From Podarcis melisellensis (lineage: Eukaryota): a DNA stretch of 64,000 bases. Positions 26,193 to 36,791 of this stretch are shown one piece after another. Below the pieces are notes generated by a model that did no database searches, had not been told where the DNA came from, and worked only from the letters and a program-made list of their open reading frames with translations. Numbering within the stretch: position 1 is the stretch's first letter; each line of letters starts with the position of its first letter. A program made the translations under genes and the position numbers. The stretch lies in assembly GCA_964234715.1 (NCBI GenBank), contig OZ174277.1. One strand, 5' to 3'.

Positions 26193-26760
26193 ATTGTTTC
26201 CCCAACAGAATTTCTATCTCCCTACAATAGGGAGATACTTATGCTGGAAAATATGCAACTTGTGTATGCATGAGGAACACAACATTGCATCAGTTCCTGC
26301 TTTTCCTGCATCTTTAAACTTCTCCTTAGATCTTCAATATGGGCAGAGCTTCACTCCAATTACTACTGTTATTTGTGACACACTGAACAGCTGCGTGGTT
26401 TTTAAAGTGCACATTCTTCTCTAAAGCTCAAGCAGCACTGCCTACAAAAGAGCTGTACCATGAAAAATTCATTGACTATACTTGTTGAGGACTCTACAAT
26501 TTCCACAGCCCATCACATTACTCAACAGGAATCAGCTGACATACCAACAGTGTTGCCACATGGCTTCAGCCTTATACTACCACATGACAGCCCACTAGTT
26601 TCATAATCACAACAATCAGCTTGAAGACACTTCGAAACGAATCTTCCTTTATGCAAATGTTCCCCATACCCTGCCGCTATTATAGTTTTAACCAAACACC
26701 ACACTGGACTTAAGTTGAGTCCCAAACACATGAAAAGAATAGGATGCACAGAAGCACCTA

Positions 26761-26986
26761 CAGTGGTACCTCAGGTTAAGTACTTAATTCGTTCTGGAGG
26801 TGTGTTCTTAACCTGAAACTGTTCTTAACCTGAAGCACCACTTTAGCTAATGGGGCCTCCGGCTGCCGCCGCGCTGCCGGAGCACAATTTCTGTTCTCAT
26901 CCTGAAGCAAAGTTCTTAACCTGAAGCACTATTTCTGGGTTAGCGGAGTCTGTAACCTGAAGCGTATGTAACCTGACGTACCACTG
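26761..26986. mobile_element. Tc1/mariner-type MITE (CAGTGGTACCTC family)
   Basis: Near-identical to 45322-45563. Confidence 0.85.
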
Positions 26987-27379
26987 TCTTTCCACAGCCC
27001 TAAAGAACAAAAAAGTCAGACACTGCCTGACAGCTATTAGGGCTTACAGGATAATGAGCGTTTTCTGAAAGCAAGCTTGAACCCTGGAGCTCCCTTCTCT
27101 TTTAGAAACTACGTGCCCCATAATTACACAACGGTCCTCAGAAAAGAGGAAACAGCCAGATGCATCTGTGTTGCCTGCAAAACACACACACACACAACAC
27201 AAGAAAAGGCAGCACGAACTGCTCTTAACCTAAAAGCACCTCTGAACCTCATTCCCTCAAGGACTGACACCATCCTCTCGCCGGGCAGAACTTTAGGAGC
27301 TGCGTAACAGACAGAAACCAAACAGGTACAGCTTTTCTCTCTTCCTTCATCTCCGGGCCAGGAAAGGCTTCACCTGCCG

Positions 27380-28080
27380 AGTTTCCGCCTGTAACACCCA
27401 TCTGGGTTCCAGATCTCTACCCACAACGAGCAAATGAAGCGTTAACCCCCATTCCGCCTCTGCAGGTGCCAATGCGCAAGGCGACCCCTCTCACACCGCC
27501 AGCTTGCCCTGGGACCCAGTGGCAAGGAGTACCACAGACCCCCCCCCCGACCCCAGTTCCCGCCGCACCTTGCTGCGCCCTCCCGTGGCCACCCGCTGCT
27601 GGGAGGCTGGGGCAGGGAAAGCTTGAGAGGGGACGTTGAGCATCCTGCCGGCCGCAGGACAGCCGCCCCAGCCGCCTCCTCTTCTTCAGAAACTGCAAGC
27701 GGACCGAAAGAGCCGCTTCCGGGTCCGGCCCGGCGCCGAAGCAGCAAGTAGCGTAGCTGAAAGGCAGGCGGGGACTTAAAAGGCCGTACTGCGCAGGCGT
27801 GAGGTTGTACCGGGGCGGGGCGGGTGGTTGGAGCTCTCTCCACCGACGAGAGCGCGTGCCTAGGCCCCACCCACCAGAGTTGACTGACGGCGGCACCGCA
27901 AAAACCCACGGCGGGGGCGGGATCTTCCGCCCACGTGGTCCAGAGACGCTCCTAGCTTGCCGCTTTAACCGCGTGGCTGTGTTTTGTTTCGCGCACTCGC
28001 TGCGCGGGGATTTGTCCCTTTAAAATGTTCGCATCCTGCTTTTCGAGTGGCGCTTGCTCCAAGTGGCGGCAGAGGATCGT
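27380..28080 (-). promoter_or_regulatory. CYB5R4 CpG-island promoter
   Basis: CpG-dense region around exon 1; tandem GC boxes (~27812-27824), NRF1-like TGCGCAGGCG (~27790), CACGTG E-box (~27932). Confidence 0.85.
27569..27643 (-). CDS. CYB5R4: Cytochrome b5 reductase 4 (NCB5OR), coding exon 1
   Basis: ATG at 27643; 75 nt = MLNVPSQAFPAPASQQRVATGGRSK, matching the CYB5R4 N-terminus; GT donor (AAG|gtgcgg); inside a CpG island. Confidence 0.96.
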
Positions 28081-28157
28081 ACAACCAAAACATCAATAAT
28101 AATAACAACAATAATAATTCTAAGTATTATTATTATTATTATTATTATCATCATCAT

Positions 28158-28247
28158 CATAGCTGTCAACTTTTCCCTTTTTTAAAGGGAAATTCCCTTA
28201 TTCCGAATAGGATTCCTCATAAGAAAAGGGAAAAGTTGACAGCTATA
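28158..28247. mobile_element. 90-bp hAT MITE (CATAGCTGTCAA family)
   Basis: Same TIR; nearly identical to 60730-60819. Confidence 0.85.
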
Positions 28248-30248
28248 ATTATTACTAATAATAGTAATGCGAAGTATTAAAATAGATGTCAGTTTTGCAT
28301 GCCTGGGTATTCCTGCCTCAACAAAAAAGTATTCAGTACAGTAAAGGTCGCCTGCCTAATCTCTCAGCCTAATCTACCTCACAGGGTTGTTGTGAGGTTG
28401 AAATGGAAAGGACCACTTACACCACCTCACCCATCCCACCCCCATTCCTGCATTAAGCAGGAAGTTCTAATGAGGGCTTCTACACGTGTATAGCAACCCT
28501 ACTCACGTTTGCATTGCCTATAAAGGCATAATGCCTTAATACAGTTACTGTGGATCTCCATGAGCGTAGCCAGGATTTTTTTGGGGGGGGGGGGTGCAGA
28601 ACCAAAGTTTGCTATGTATGCTATGCCCATGTTGATCTCACTATTTGATAGAGTACAGTTCTGAACTGTTTAGCCCACAACAGTCCCTTCGAAGTCAATG
28701 GAGTTACTTCCGTGGATGAGTAAGCAATTTATGCTGTAGAAAAGTGCTCAGAATTCAGTACATATTATGCTCTTTAGAAAATCTATGTGCACCAATGATT
28801 TAGCACTTTTTAATAAAACCTACTTTTCTTACCTGGAAAGTGTCTCTGTGTATGGAGATCATACCATGCAACAACATATTACTACTGCCTGTAAACACAC
28901 TATTTATTTTGTAGATTTATATTCCACTTTTCAGAGAAACTTTCTTACAAGGCAGCTCACAATAATGTATAAAAACAATCATAACAACGAAATGAAGAAA
29001 TACAAAAAGAAAGCCTAACTAAAAAAATTGTTTTCACACAGGATACACAAATAAACTAATAAGTGTTCCTGAGTAAAAATGTCTTCAGAGTTCACTTAAA
29101 GGAGAAAGATTTCCATTACTAAAGCTGAAATTCTATGCAGCTTACTACAAACACACAAGAGCAGTATATGTGCTTGTGTGATTTTCATATACAATGTCCT
29201 ACACATGGATCTCACTTTGTTTCCCTATAGGAGCAATTTCTATATATGAACTACTTTATATTCTGAGTGGTTCCAGTTTTACACACATGGAACATAGTTT
29301 GAGTTTATGAAGTGTAAATCAGCATTGAGTCAATCCAGTTTATCAAGTCAGATACATTTTGTACTCCAGTTGAGTCTGGTTTAACTCTTTATGGAGATTT
29401 CAGTAATCAAAAATAAGGCAATGTTTACTCAAAAGCAAGCCCCATTGTATTCAGTGAGGCATGACATCAGGTAGGATAACGAGATGCAAAAGAGGACGGG
29501 GTTTTCCCCACCTTTAATAGTTGTGCAGAATAGGAAATTTCAGCACCTTGCATGATAAACTACATCTGAAATTCTCTATTCTACACAACTATTGAAGGTG
29601 ATGGAGCTCTATCCAAGTACAGTAGCTGTACATAGGATTACAGCCCTACAGCGCAATCCTATACTTGTCTATTCAGAAGTAGGTCTCGCTGAGTTCAATG
29701 GGACTTCCAGGTTAGGATTGCAGGCTTAGATCCTTTGTTGACTTAAGAATGGAATCATTTAAGAATGAGTTGCCTCTGTCATTTTCTAAGGGCAGCTTCC
29801 AGAATGACAATGTTTTCATATGTGATGTGTGACATGCAACACGAAAACACAAATTCACATTTCTCCCTCATGCAGGTTTGCATGCTTCTCTTTTTTAACC
29901 TTGAAAAACAATACAAGGCTGAAATTCTTACATGAACATTAGTTCCACTGAAATCAATAGGGCTTCTACTTCTGAATATGTTCAGAATCAGGGTATAGGG
30001 CATAATTATTTTTTTTAAGTTTCTTTTTAAGGGATATATATCTGGACATATATCCAGATTCCAATATACTTCTGTCCGCTTCCACAATGCATCCAACCAT
30101 TTCTGCAGCTGTAATTCTAATTGATTCTGCTGCCCTATGGTACTACCAGCATAAAAGAGTTGCTATTTTCAGAGGAACAGAGGAGTGTAGCAGGCATAAA
30201 ATAAAACAAAACTCAATACTGTTTCTATAAAAATGTAAAATGCTTGCT

Positions 30249-30254
30249 TTTAAT
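30249..30254 (-). terminator. Candidate RIPPLY2 polyadenylation signal (ATTAAA)
   Basis: ATTAAA ~110 nt after the stop, followed by a U/GU-rich tract (gagttttgttttatttt). Confidence 0.4.
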
Positions 30255-30360
30255 GAAAAATAACTTACATATAAATTAGCTGAAAATACTATGATAGCAT
30301 ATTGATATCAATATTAAATTAAGGAATGAATATGAACAGTGGTAATAACATTCATTATAA

Positions 30361-30526
30361 TTAAGAATCCAGTTCTGCTCCAGAATCATGTTCCGAGTCA
30401 TCACTATCTTCCTCATTCTCTGAATCTTCATAGAAGGAAATTGTGGCTTGGACAGGAAAGTTCTTCAGAAGTGCTTCAGCTTCTTGATACAAGTAGTCAA
30501 AGCACCTTGATTTGGGCCAGAATAAC
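30361..30526 (-). CDS. RIPPLY2: RIPPLY2 coding exon 4 (Ripply homology domain, acidic tail, stop)
   Basis: LFWPKSRCFDYLYQEAEALLKNFPVQATISFYEDSENEEDSDD...DS*; adjacency to CYB5R4 identifies paralogue 2. Confidence 0.96.
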
Positions 30527-31888
30527 CTAAAAACACACAGAGACAACCTGTTCGGTTAATTTAATATTTAAGGGATTCGTTTCAGTTTAGTTGACCTAGG
30601 GTTAATGTGAAATAACTCTTGCTGAAAATTACTTCTTTAGGTTTTAGAGTACATGCGTAAGAGGTAATTGGTGGAAATTGGATACTTCACCTTAAGCAAG
30701 TGGAACTTTTTTCGGCTTACATGGTGGGTACAATTGGATGCAAACCAGAGTTAGGAGCTATAATATGTGGCTGCATTCTGATATTCCATTTACTAGAGCT
30801 ACAAAAGTTCAGCAGGAAATGGAAGTTTAATGTGAAAACAGGCTCTACTTATGCCTAAATGTAATTAGGAGCACTTCACACCTAAAGTTTCCCTACAATT
30901 AAATATTAAATGATGCTGCAAAACTTTCTGAATGGTTAGGTACTGGTAATAGCTCTGCTCTTGTACTGCAAAAGGCGTAAATGTACTACATTCTTAGAGA
31001 TGACACAGAACTTTGGTTCCGCAGCAGCTGCTTAGTGGGCCCATCACTTCAGTCTGCAACCCAGTTCCCCACCCTTGTGAAAATTTCTTGTCCTTGGTCA
31101 GAATACTTAAACATACATTTTGCATAACTCTATAATTAGTAAAACAGAAGCTATGTAAGCCCTCAAATACAATTATTGTTGTACAAGGTCAAACAGATAC
31201 CTCTGACAACTCAAACACCAGATATGATTTGATAGCATCTGATGTGAAATTTAACGATGCGGGTCTGAATTGCTCCTGGGCACATATAGTAAGCAGGACA
31301 TACACACATACAAGAAAGGATAGCTTTGCACTGGAACCTTTGCCATGATGCTTGATACTGACATCTCTGCATAGTATATTTTCCCGTTACCCCGGGTGAA
31401 AAAGCCAGAAACAGTTATACAACTGAGAGGGTGGGGATGTACAATCTGGTAGAGAGTTTTTCAAACTCGTCTCATCCTGCCACACAAACTATGTAGTCCA
31501 CAGTTCTCTGGTGCAGCAAATGAACTCACCCAGGACTGCAGGGTCGGGAGAGAGAAGAACATCTTTCATGTGGAATTGTAATATACACCATAGGAATCAT
31601 GGTCTTCAGTAGGTGGGCCATGTGTTATTCTATGACCACCAGGGAAGGCAGGTGTGCAATACAGGCAGCAGCCTCATAAAGCCTTGTGGGTCAGAGGGAC
31701 AGTGCAATGATGTAGCTGCTGCCTGAAATTAACAAAAAGTGTCCACTGTTCTGCACCATAACCATTTCCACCTGTTGGTATTCTTCCCACTAGGCAGCTG
31801 TTAATGATGCAGGAGCCCTGCTAGGAAAAAATAGTGAAGATGGCCCTAACAGAGACTGTAAAGAATAATATTAATGCTTACACCTTAC

Positions 31889-31947
31889 CTAACTGGATGT
31901 ATATACTGTGTGAGTTTTGCTGAGTCTGTCTCAGAAGAGCTGCACAA
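31889..31947 (-). CDS. RIPPLY2: RIPPLY2 coding exon 3
   Basis: 59 nt, ctag|...|gtaagg; LCSSSETDSAKLTQYIHPV(R), start of the Ripply homology domain. Confidence 0.93.
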
Positions 31948-32429
31948 CTAGGAGTAATAAACAGGAGACACAGATCAAAAACAGAATGATTAACAGTATC
32001 CAGAAAGGGCAGTTTCAAAAGTAATATAAAAACTATTCCTGAGCATGGAAAATTTGTGGAACGTAAGGAAGCTGGTTTCATTTTAGCCATCTGTGGTCCA
32101 TCAGATGTTGCTGAACTACAACTCCCATCATATCTGACCACTGGCCAGGCTAGCTGTGGGTGGATGAGAGTTGGGAATTCAACAACATCTGAAAGGACCA
32201 CAGGTTCCCAAGCCCTGCCTGACAGGTAAGACATGCATATTCAGGCATCACTTGTGAAAGAAACGTAAAGCAACATTCCTGATATCAAAGAAGAGTGTCA
32301 TCCTGTTTAATTATTGACTTGGCATTTTTAAATGACCAAAGCTTTATAATGCATTTATAATGGATCCATATTTGTATTACTTGGTTGTATTTGCTGTATT
32401 TCGATTTTACAGTTTCTGTAACCTGCTTA

Positions 32430-32786
32430 AAGTAAAGGTAAAGGGGCCCCTGACCATTAGGTCCAGTCGTGGCTGACTCTGGGGTTGCGGCGCTCATCTC
32501 GATTTATTGGCCGAGGGAGCCGGCGTACAGCTTCTGGGTCATGTGGCCAGCATGACTAAGCCGCTTCTGGCGAACTAGGGCAGCGCATGGAAACGCCGTT
32601 TACCTTCCCGCCGGAGTGGTACCTATTTATCTACTTGCACTTTGACGTGCTTTCAAACTGCTAGGTTGGCAGGAGTTGGGACTGAGCAACGGGAGCTCAC
32701 CCCATCGCAGGGATTAGAACCACCGACCTTCTGATCAGCAAGTCCTAGACTCTGTGGTTTAACCCACAGCGCCACCCGCGTTCCTA
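32430..32786 (-). mobile_element. Full-length Sauria SINE in RIPPLY2 intron 2
   Basis: tRNA-derived head, (ACCTTT)n tail; 15-bp TSD TCTGTAACCTGCTTA. Confidence 0.92.
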
Positions 32787-32984
32787 TCTGTAACCTGCTT
32801 AGGGATTTGTAATTTTGCCAAAAACGTATATAACTTTTCTAATTAATTAATTAAAGCATGCCATCAAAATAAGTATGACGTTGCCCTCACTATTGCCAGC
32901 TTGGGCTCTTTGGGGAGGAAGGGTAGGGTATAAATTGAAGCAGCAGCAGCAACAAAGACATATAAATAATGTCAAATCCCAATA

Positions 32985-33117
32985 TGACTTCCTTGGAGGT
33001 TTTTAAGCAGAAGTTGGCTGGCCATCTGTCATGGATGCGTTGGCTGAGATTCCTGCATTGCAGGGGGTTGGACTAGATGACCCTCGGGATCCCTTCCGAC
33101 TCTACAAATCTATGACT
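32985..33117 (+). mobile_element. CR1 LINE 3' end
   Basis: gggttggactagatgacc...cccttcc...ctatga terminal motif. Confidence 0.8.
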
Positions 33118-33296
33118 TTTCCCGGAATTGTGTTTAACTGACAGCCTGAAAAGGAGAGGACGACTTTCCCATTCTCGCTCCTGCACACCCACAAAGTTAA
33201 CGATCCAAGGACCAGCTTAGTCAGGAGAACACAGCTCGCCACTCCAGCCGCCCCACGTGGGATTGTTGCCGCTTTAATCAGAACGGACACACTCAC

Positions 33297-33372
33297 CGCC
33301 CTGTAGTTTCGCCTGCGCTGCCTTTCTGCATCTTTCCGGGTGGGAATCCAAGGTCTCCAGAATCCTCCGGAC
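33297..33372 (-). CDS. RIPPLY2: RIPPLY2 coding exon 2 (WRPW Groucho/TLE-binding motif)
   Basis: 76 nt, tacag|...|gtgagt; SGGFWRPWIPTRKDAERQRRRNYRA. Confidence 0.94.
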
Positions 33373-33538
33373 CTGTAGAATCAATAGAACGGAATACAGC
33401 TTTGCGTTAACTGGGCGACACAAAAAAGCGGTCGGTTGTTGGAAAGGAGGGTGGAAGAAAGGAAAGAAAAACACTCGAAGCCTATGATTTCTGGAGCTGG
33501 CTGGCCGGCTAGCGGGTCTGGAGGAAAGCGCGGGTTAC

Positions 33539-33618
33539 CTCGCTTGTCCTCTGCAGCAGATCCGGGCGTTGTGCGCGCCAGGTGGAGAAGCACAGAGGCG
33601 CAGCCGAGAGCTGTCCAT
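33539..33618 (-). CDS. RIPPLY2: Ripply transcriptional repressor 2, coding exon 1
   Basis: Strong Kozak gcAgcATGG; 80 nt MDSSRLRLCASPPGAHNARICCRGQA(R); donor gtaacc; phase fits exon 2. Confidence 0.82.
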
Positions 33619-33619
33619 G

Positions 33620-34090
33620 CTGCGTCGCTGGCAGCAGTCGAGGCAGCCCAAGTGGCGCAGACGCCGCTGGCGCACCGCTTCCTCTTCCTCCTCCTCTCCT
33701 TGTCGTTGTGTCTCCCCTCCGGGGGCTTAGCCTGGCCTGGGTTCTGGTGCGGCTGCCGCCCGAGGGGTTTTTATAGCACTCGCCGCGCAGGGTCCCAGCC
33801 GCTTTCTCTCATTTGCCGGAGAGGTAAACAAAAAGGCTGCGCGTGAAAGGCGCGTCAGGGTAAACAAGGAGCGTGGACGCGTGCGAGCTCCAAATGGCCC
33901 AGGGAGAGGTTTGGCGAGGGAGTGTGAATCGCACTTGAGCAGACACATGGCTGTGTTGTCCTTCAGAGGGGAGAGCCCACGCTTGGGCTCGGGCTGCGAA
34001 GTGTCCAGCGTGAGAAAGCCAGCGTGTGTGTATCTGTGTCCGAGTGTGCTCAGTTTTGCTGGGAGAAATGCCGCTTCCCATGTTGGAAAA
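33620..34090 (-). promoter_or_regulatory. RIPPLY2 promoter / CpG island with TATA box
   Basis: TATAAAAA on the minus strand at 33768-33775, ~150 nt upstream of the ATG; CpG-rich; Fox, E-box, T-box-like and RBPJ-like motifs upstream. Confidence 0.8.
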
Positions 34091-34243
34091 TTCCTGCAAC
34101 TGTATTTTTACTTGATTCGAATATTTAGTTCTCTCTTTCCCAAAAATCGTGTCCAAAACAACTTGTAATGATGAAACAATCAGATCCAACGCAGGGAAAA
34201 AACAATAGAATTGAACAATAAAAAACAAATATATAAATTTCAT

Positions 34244-34280
<37 letters not shown>

Positions 34281-34283
<3 letters not shown>

Positions 34284-34422
34284 TGGCGTAGCCAGGATTT
34301 TGGGGGGGGGCAGGACTTTTGTTAGGGGGCAGAACCAACCAATTTGTCAGTTAAGTATTTCTATTTTTTTACTTTATGGGGAGGGGCAGCTGTCCCTTCC
34401 TGCCCCCCTTGGCTACACACTG
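34281..34422. mobile_element. hAT-like MITE
   Basis: Imperfect TIR ...GCGTAGCCA / TGGCTACAC...; related fragment at ~28560. Confidence 0.6.
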
Positions 34423-36312
34423 ACACATGTATGTATATAACAATTTTATATACAAATATAACAATTTAAAATACAACAGCAAGAACAATGAGCTGAAACA
34501 AAACACCTGAAATACCTAAAGGCATCCATAGAACACCATAGAAGAAATGACCGAAAGTTTAAACGGAGCACTATCTAGTTTATACATGTTTTCCAGAAAT
34601 TGCCCACTCCATGTTTATTTTTCACAAAGAAGGCCTCCCCACATGGCCTCCGCATGGCCTCCAGGAAGGAGCACTTGGATCCTGGCCACATTGCATGGGA
34701 AGTACATGTGCCAGCACCACAAGCTTTGTGCCACTTACAAAATCATGGATGTTGCTTTAGCTCCTAAAGCTGGTCTGTGGTGTTGCAATAGAAGGCTAGA
34801 GTCAAAAGCTTACAGATTTGAAAGCACATTCCATGGGAGTCAAGTGTTTTCCATCAGGGTGCCAATTACATAGACCTAGTTTGTGTTGTTTATGATGCAT
34901 TTGGCTCCAATTTTCCACATTTATTGGGTCACTAGGAATATTTCATCAGTTCGGGGGTGGCTTATGTTACCTTTGAATTGGAGCTGTTGATTAGCTGCAG
35001 GAGGGTTTATGAGCTAAGCACACAGTAAAACAAAATACCACTCAAGGCAAGAGCAGGGGTGATCTATACTGAGGGAAAAGAGTGTTAAAGATTTGAATAG
35101 TGGACTGGGAAACTGGTATTGCATGATAATATGCAGAGGAACTTTAGGAATATTTTATTCATAAGAAAAGTAATACTATTTGAAGTGGTAGTTGTCACTT
35201 CAATTATTTAAAGCAGGCTGAATGGTGCACACAATGTGTGCACACCTATAGAATGCCTATAGGTGTTATGGGAAGAAGTAAGAATGCACAGTGAAAAGCT
35301 GTGTACCAGATATTAGTATGGTCATAAGCCAAGCAAATAGCAACTCTCCCCCTGCCAAGGTAGAACAATATCATATAGTTAATGCACAGTGTTTTTTATG
35401 GTCTTAAAATGATCATTATTATGACTGGTAGGGCATATGTGAAGGAAGGGCTTGTATATTACAGGGTCCCCTCTGCAAGTTTAGTGTATGTGTGGTTACT
35501 GTTCCATGTGCAGAATGTACAGAGACACATCTGCCAAGATAGGCTTGTCCATGTAATAGATTTCCATAGGAAGTCTAGCCTCCTGGTGAAGTGATAACCT
35601 GGGTGATGAGCCATTCAGTAGTCCACATTGTTGCATGTCAATCCAATCTCTGAGCGGTGCAAAATTCCAGGGTTTCCAGGCATGCTTACCCAGGGTTTGT
35701 GTTTCCTTCAGGAATGCAGCACAGTGAAGACTGTGGTGTCTTTATGATAGATGGTTTATTTACATACATATGTACAATGTGAGACTACACTGGAGGGTTC
35801 ATCAACACCCCAAGAGGGTTTTGCTTCCCCCAACATCAGAGCCTTGGATTCAAACAGAAATCATACATTGCTCTCAAATGTTGCTCTGACTCTCTCTCTC
35901 CAGTTTGCTGCTTTAGTTCTGGTCCACAGCACTGCAAAAAACTCTATTCCAGCTTTGTCTGTTGAGGAAGAGGCTCCACCCATTTGCTTTCTCACACTGA
36001 GCTCGTTAATCCCGTAATGGTTCATCACCCAGGTTATCACCTCACCAGGAGGCTAGGCTGGCTATTTCAAGAATTAGAAGCCTTGATTAAATTCTAACAC
36101 TTGCTGGATCCAGGGATTAGAGGGGTCTGCCATATACATAGCTCAGCACCCCAAACTCATAGAGTGCACATGCAGCAGCAGAACTTCAGTTAAATGAATC
36201 ATTGCTTGGAGCGCACGTTGGTTTGTAAAGTATTCAGACTGAGACTTGGTATAAAATTAAAAGTTTATATTTATTAAAGGAAGAACATTTTTGATATACC
36301 TAACTAGCTAGT

Positions 36313-36630
36313 AGGGATGCGGGTGGCGCTGTGGGTTAAACCACAGAGCCCAGGGCTTGCCGATCAGAAGGTCGGCGGTTTGAATCCCCGTGACGGAGTG
36401 AGCTCCCGTTGCTCGGTCCCTCCTCCTGCCAAACTAGCAGTTCGAAAGCACACAGTGCAAGTAGATAAATAGGTACCACTCCGGCGGGAAGGTAAACGGT
36501 GTTTCCGTGCGTTGCTGGCCACATGACCCGGAAGCTGTATGCTGGCTCCCTCGGCCAATAAAGCGAGATGAGCGCCGCAACCCCAGAGTCGGTCACAACT
36601 GGACCTAATAGTCAGGGGTCCCTTTACGAT
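36313..36630 (+). mobile_element. Sauria SINE
   Basis: Same family as the 32.4-kb copy; TSD TAACTAGCTAGT. Confidence 0.92.
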
Positions 36631-36644
36631 TAACTAGCTAGTTG

Positions 36645-36791
36645 CAGTGGCATAGCATGGGTTGTCAGCACCCAGGGCAAGGCAAGTAATTTGTGCCCCC
36701 TAACTCGTGGATTTGCGCCCCCTAACCCTAACCCCCAGATGTTGCGCCCGGTTCGGCCGGCCCCCCCTGCACCCCCCACACTACGCCACTG
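36645..36791. mobile_element. hAT MITE (CAGTGGC TIR)
   Basis: CAGTGGCATAG...CTACGCCACTG; 8-bp TSD GCTAGTTG. Confidence 0.85.

Noticed and set aside
27417-27909. 155-159 aa minus-strand ORFs over the CYB5R4 promoter
   Set aside because: Stop-poor GC-rich island; the true exon 1 is in another frame
33436-34279. 136-aa and 156-aa ORFs around the RIPPLY2 5' end
   Set aside because: CpG-island and microsatellite artefacts without recognisable homology
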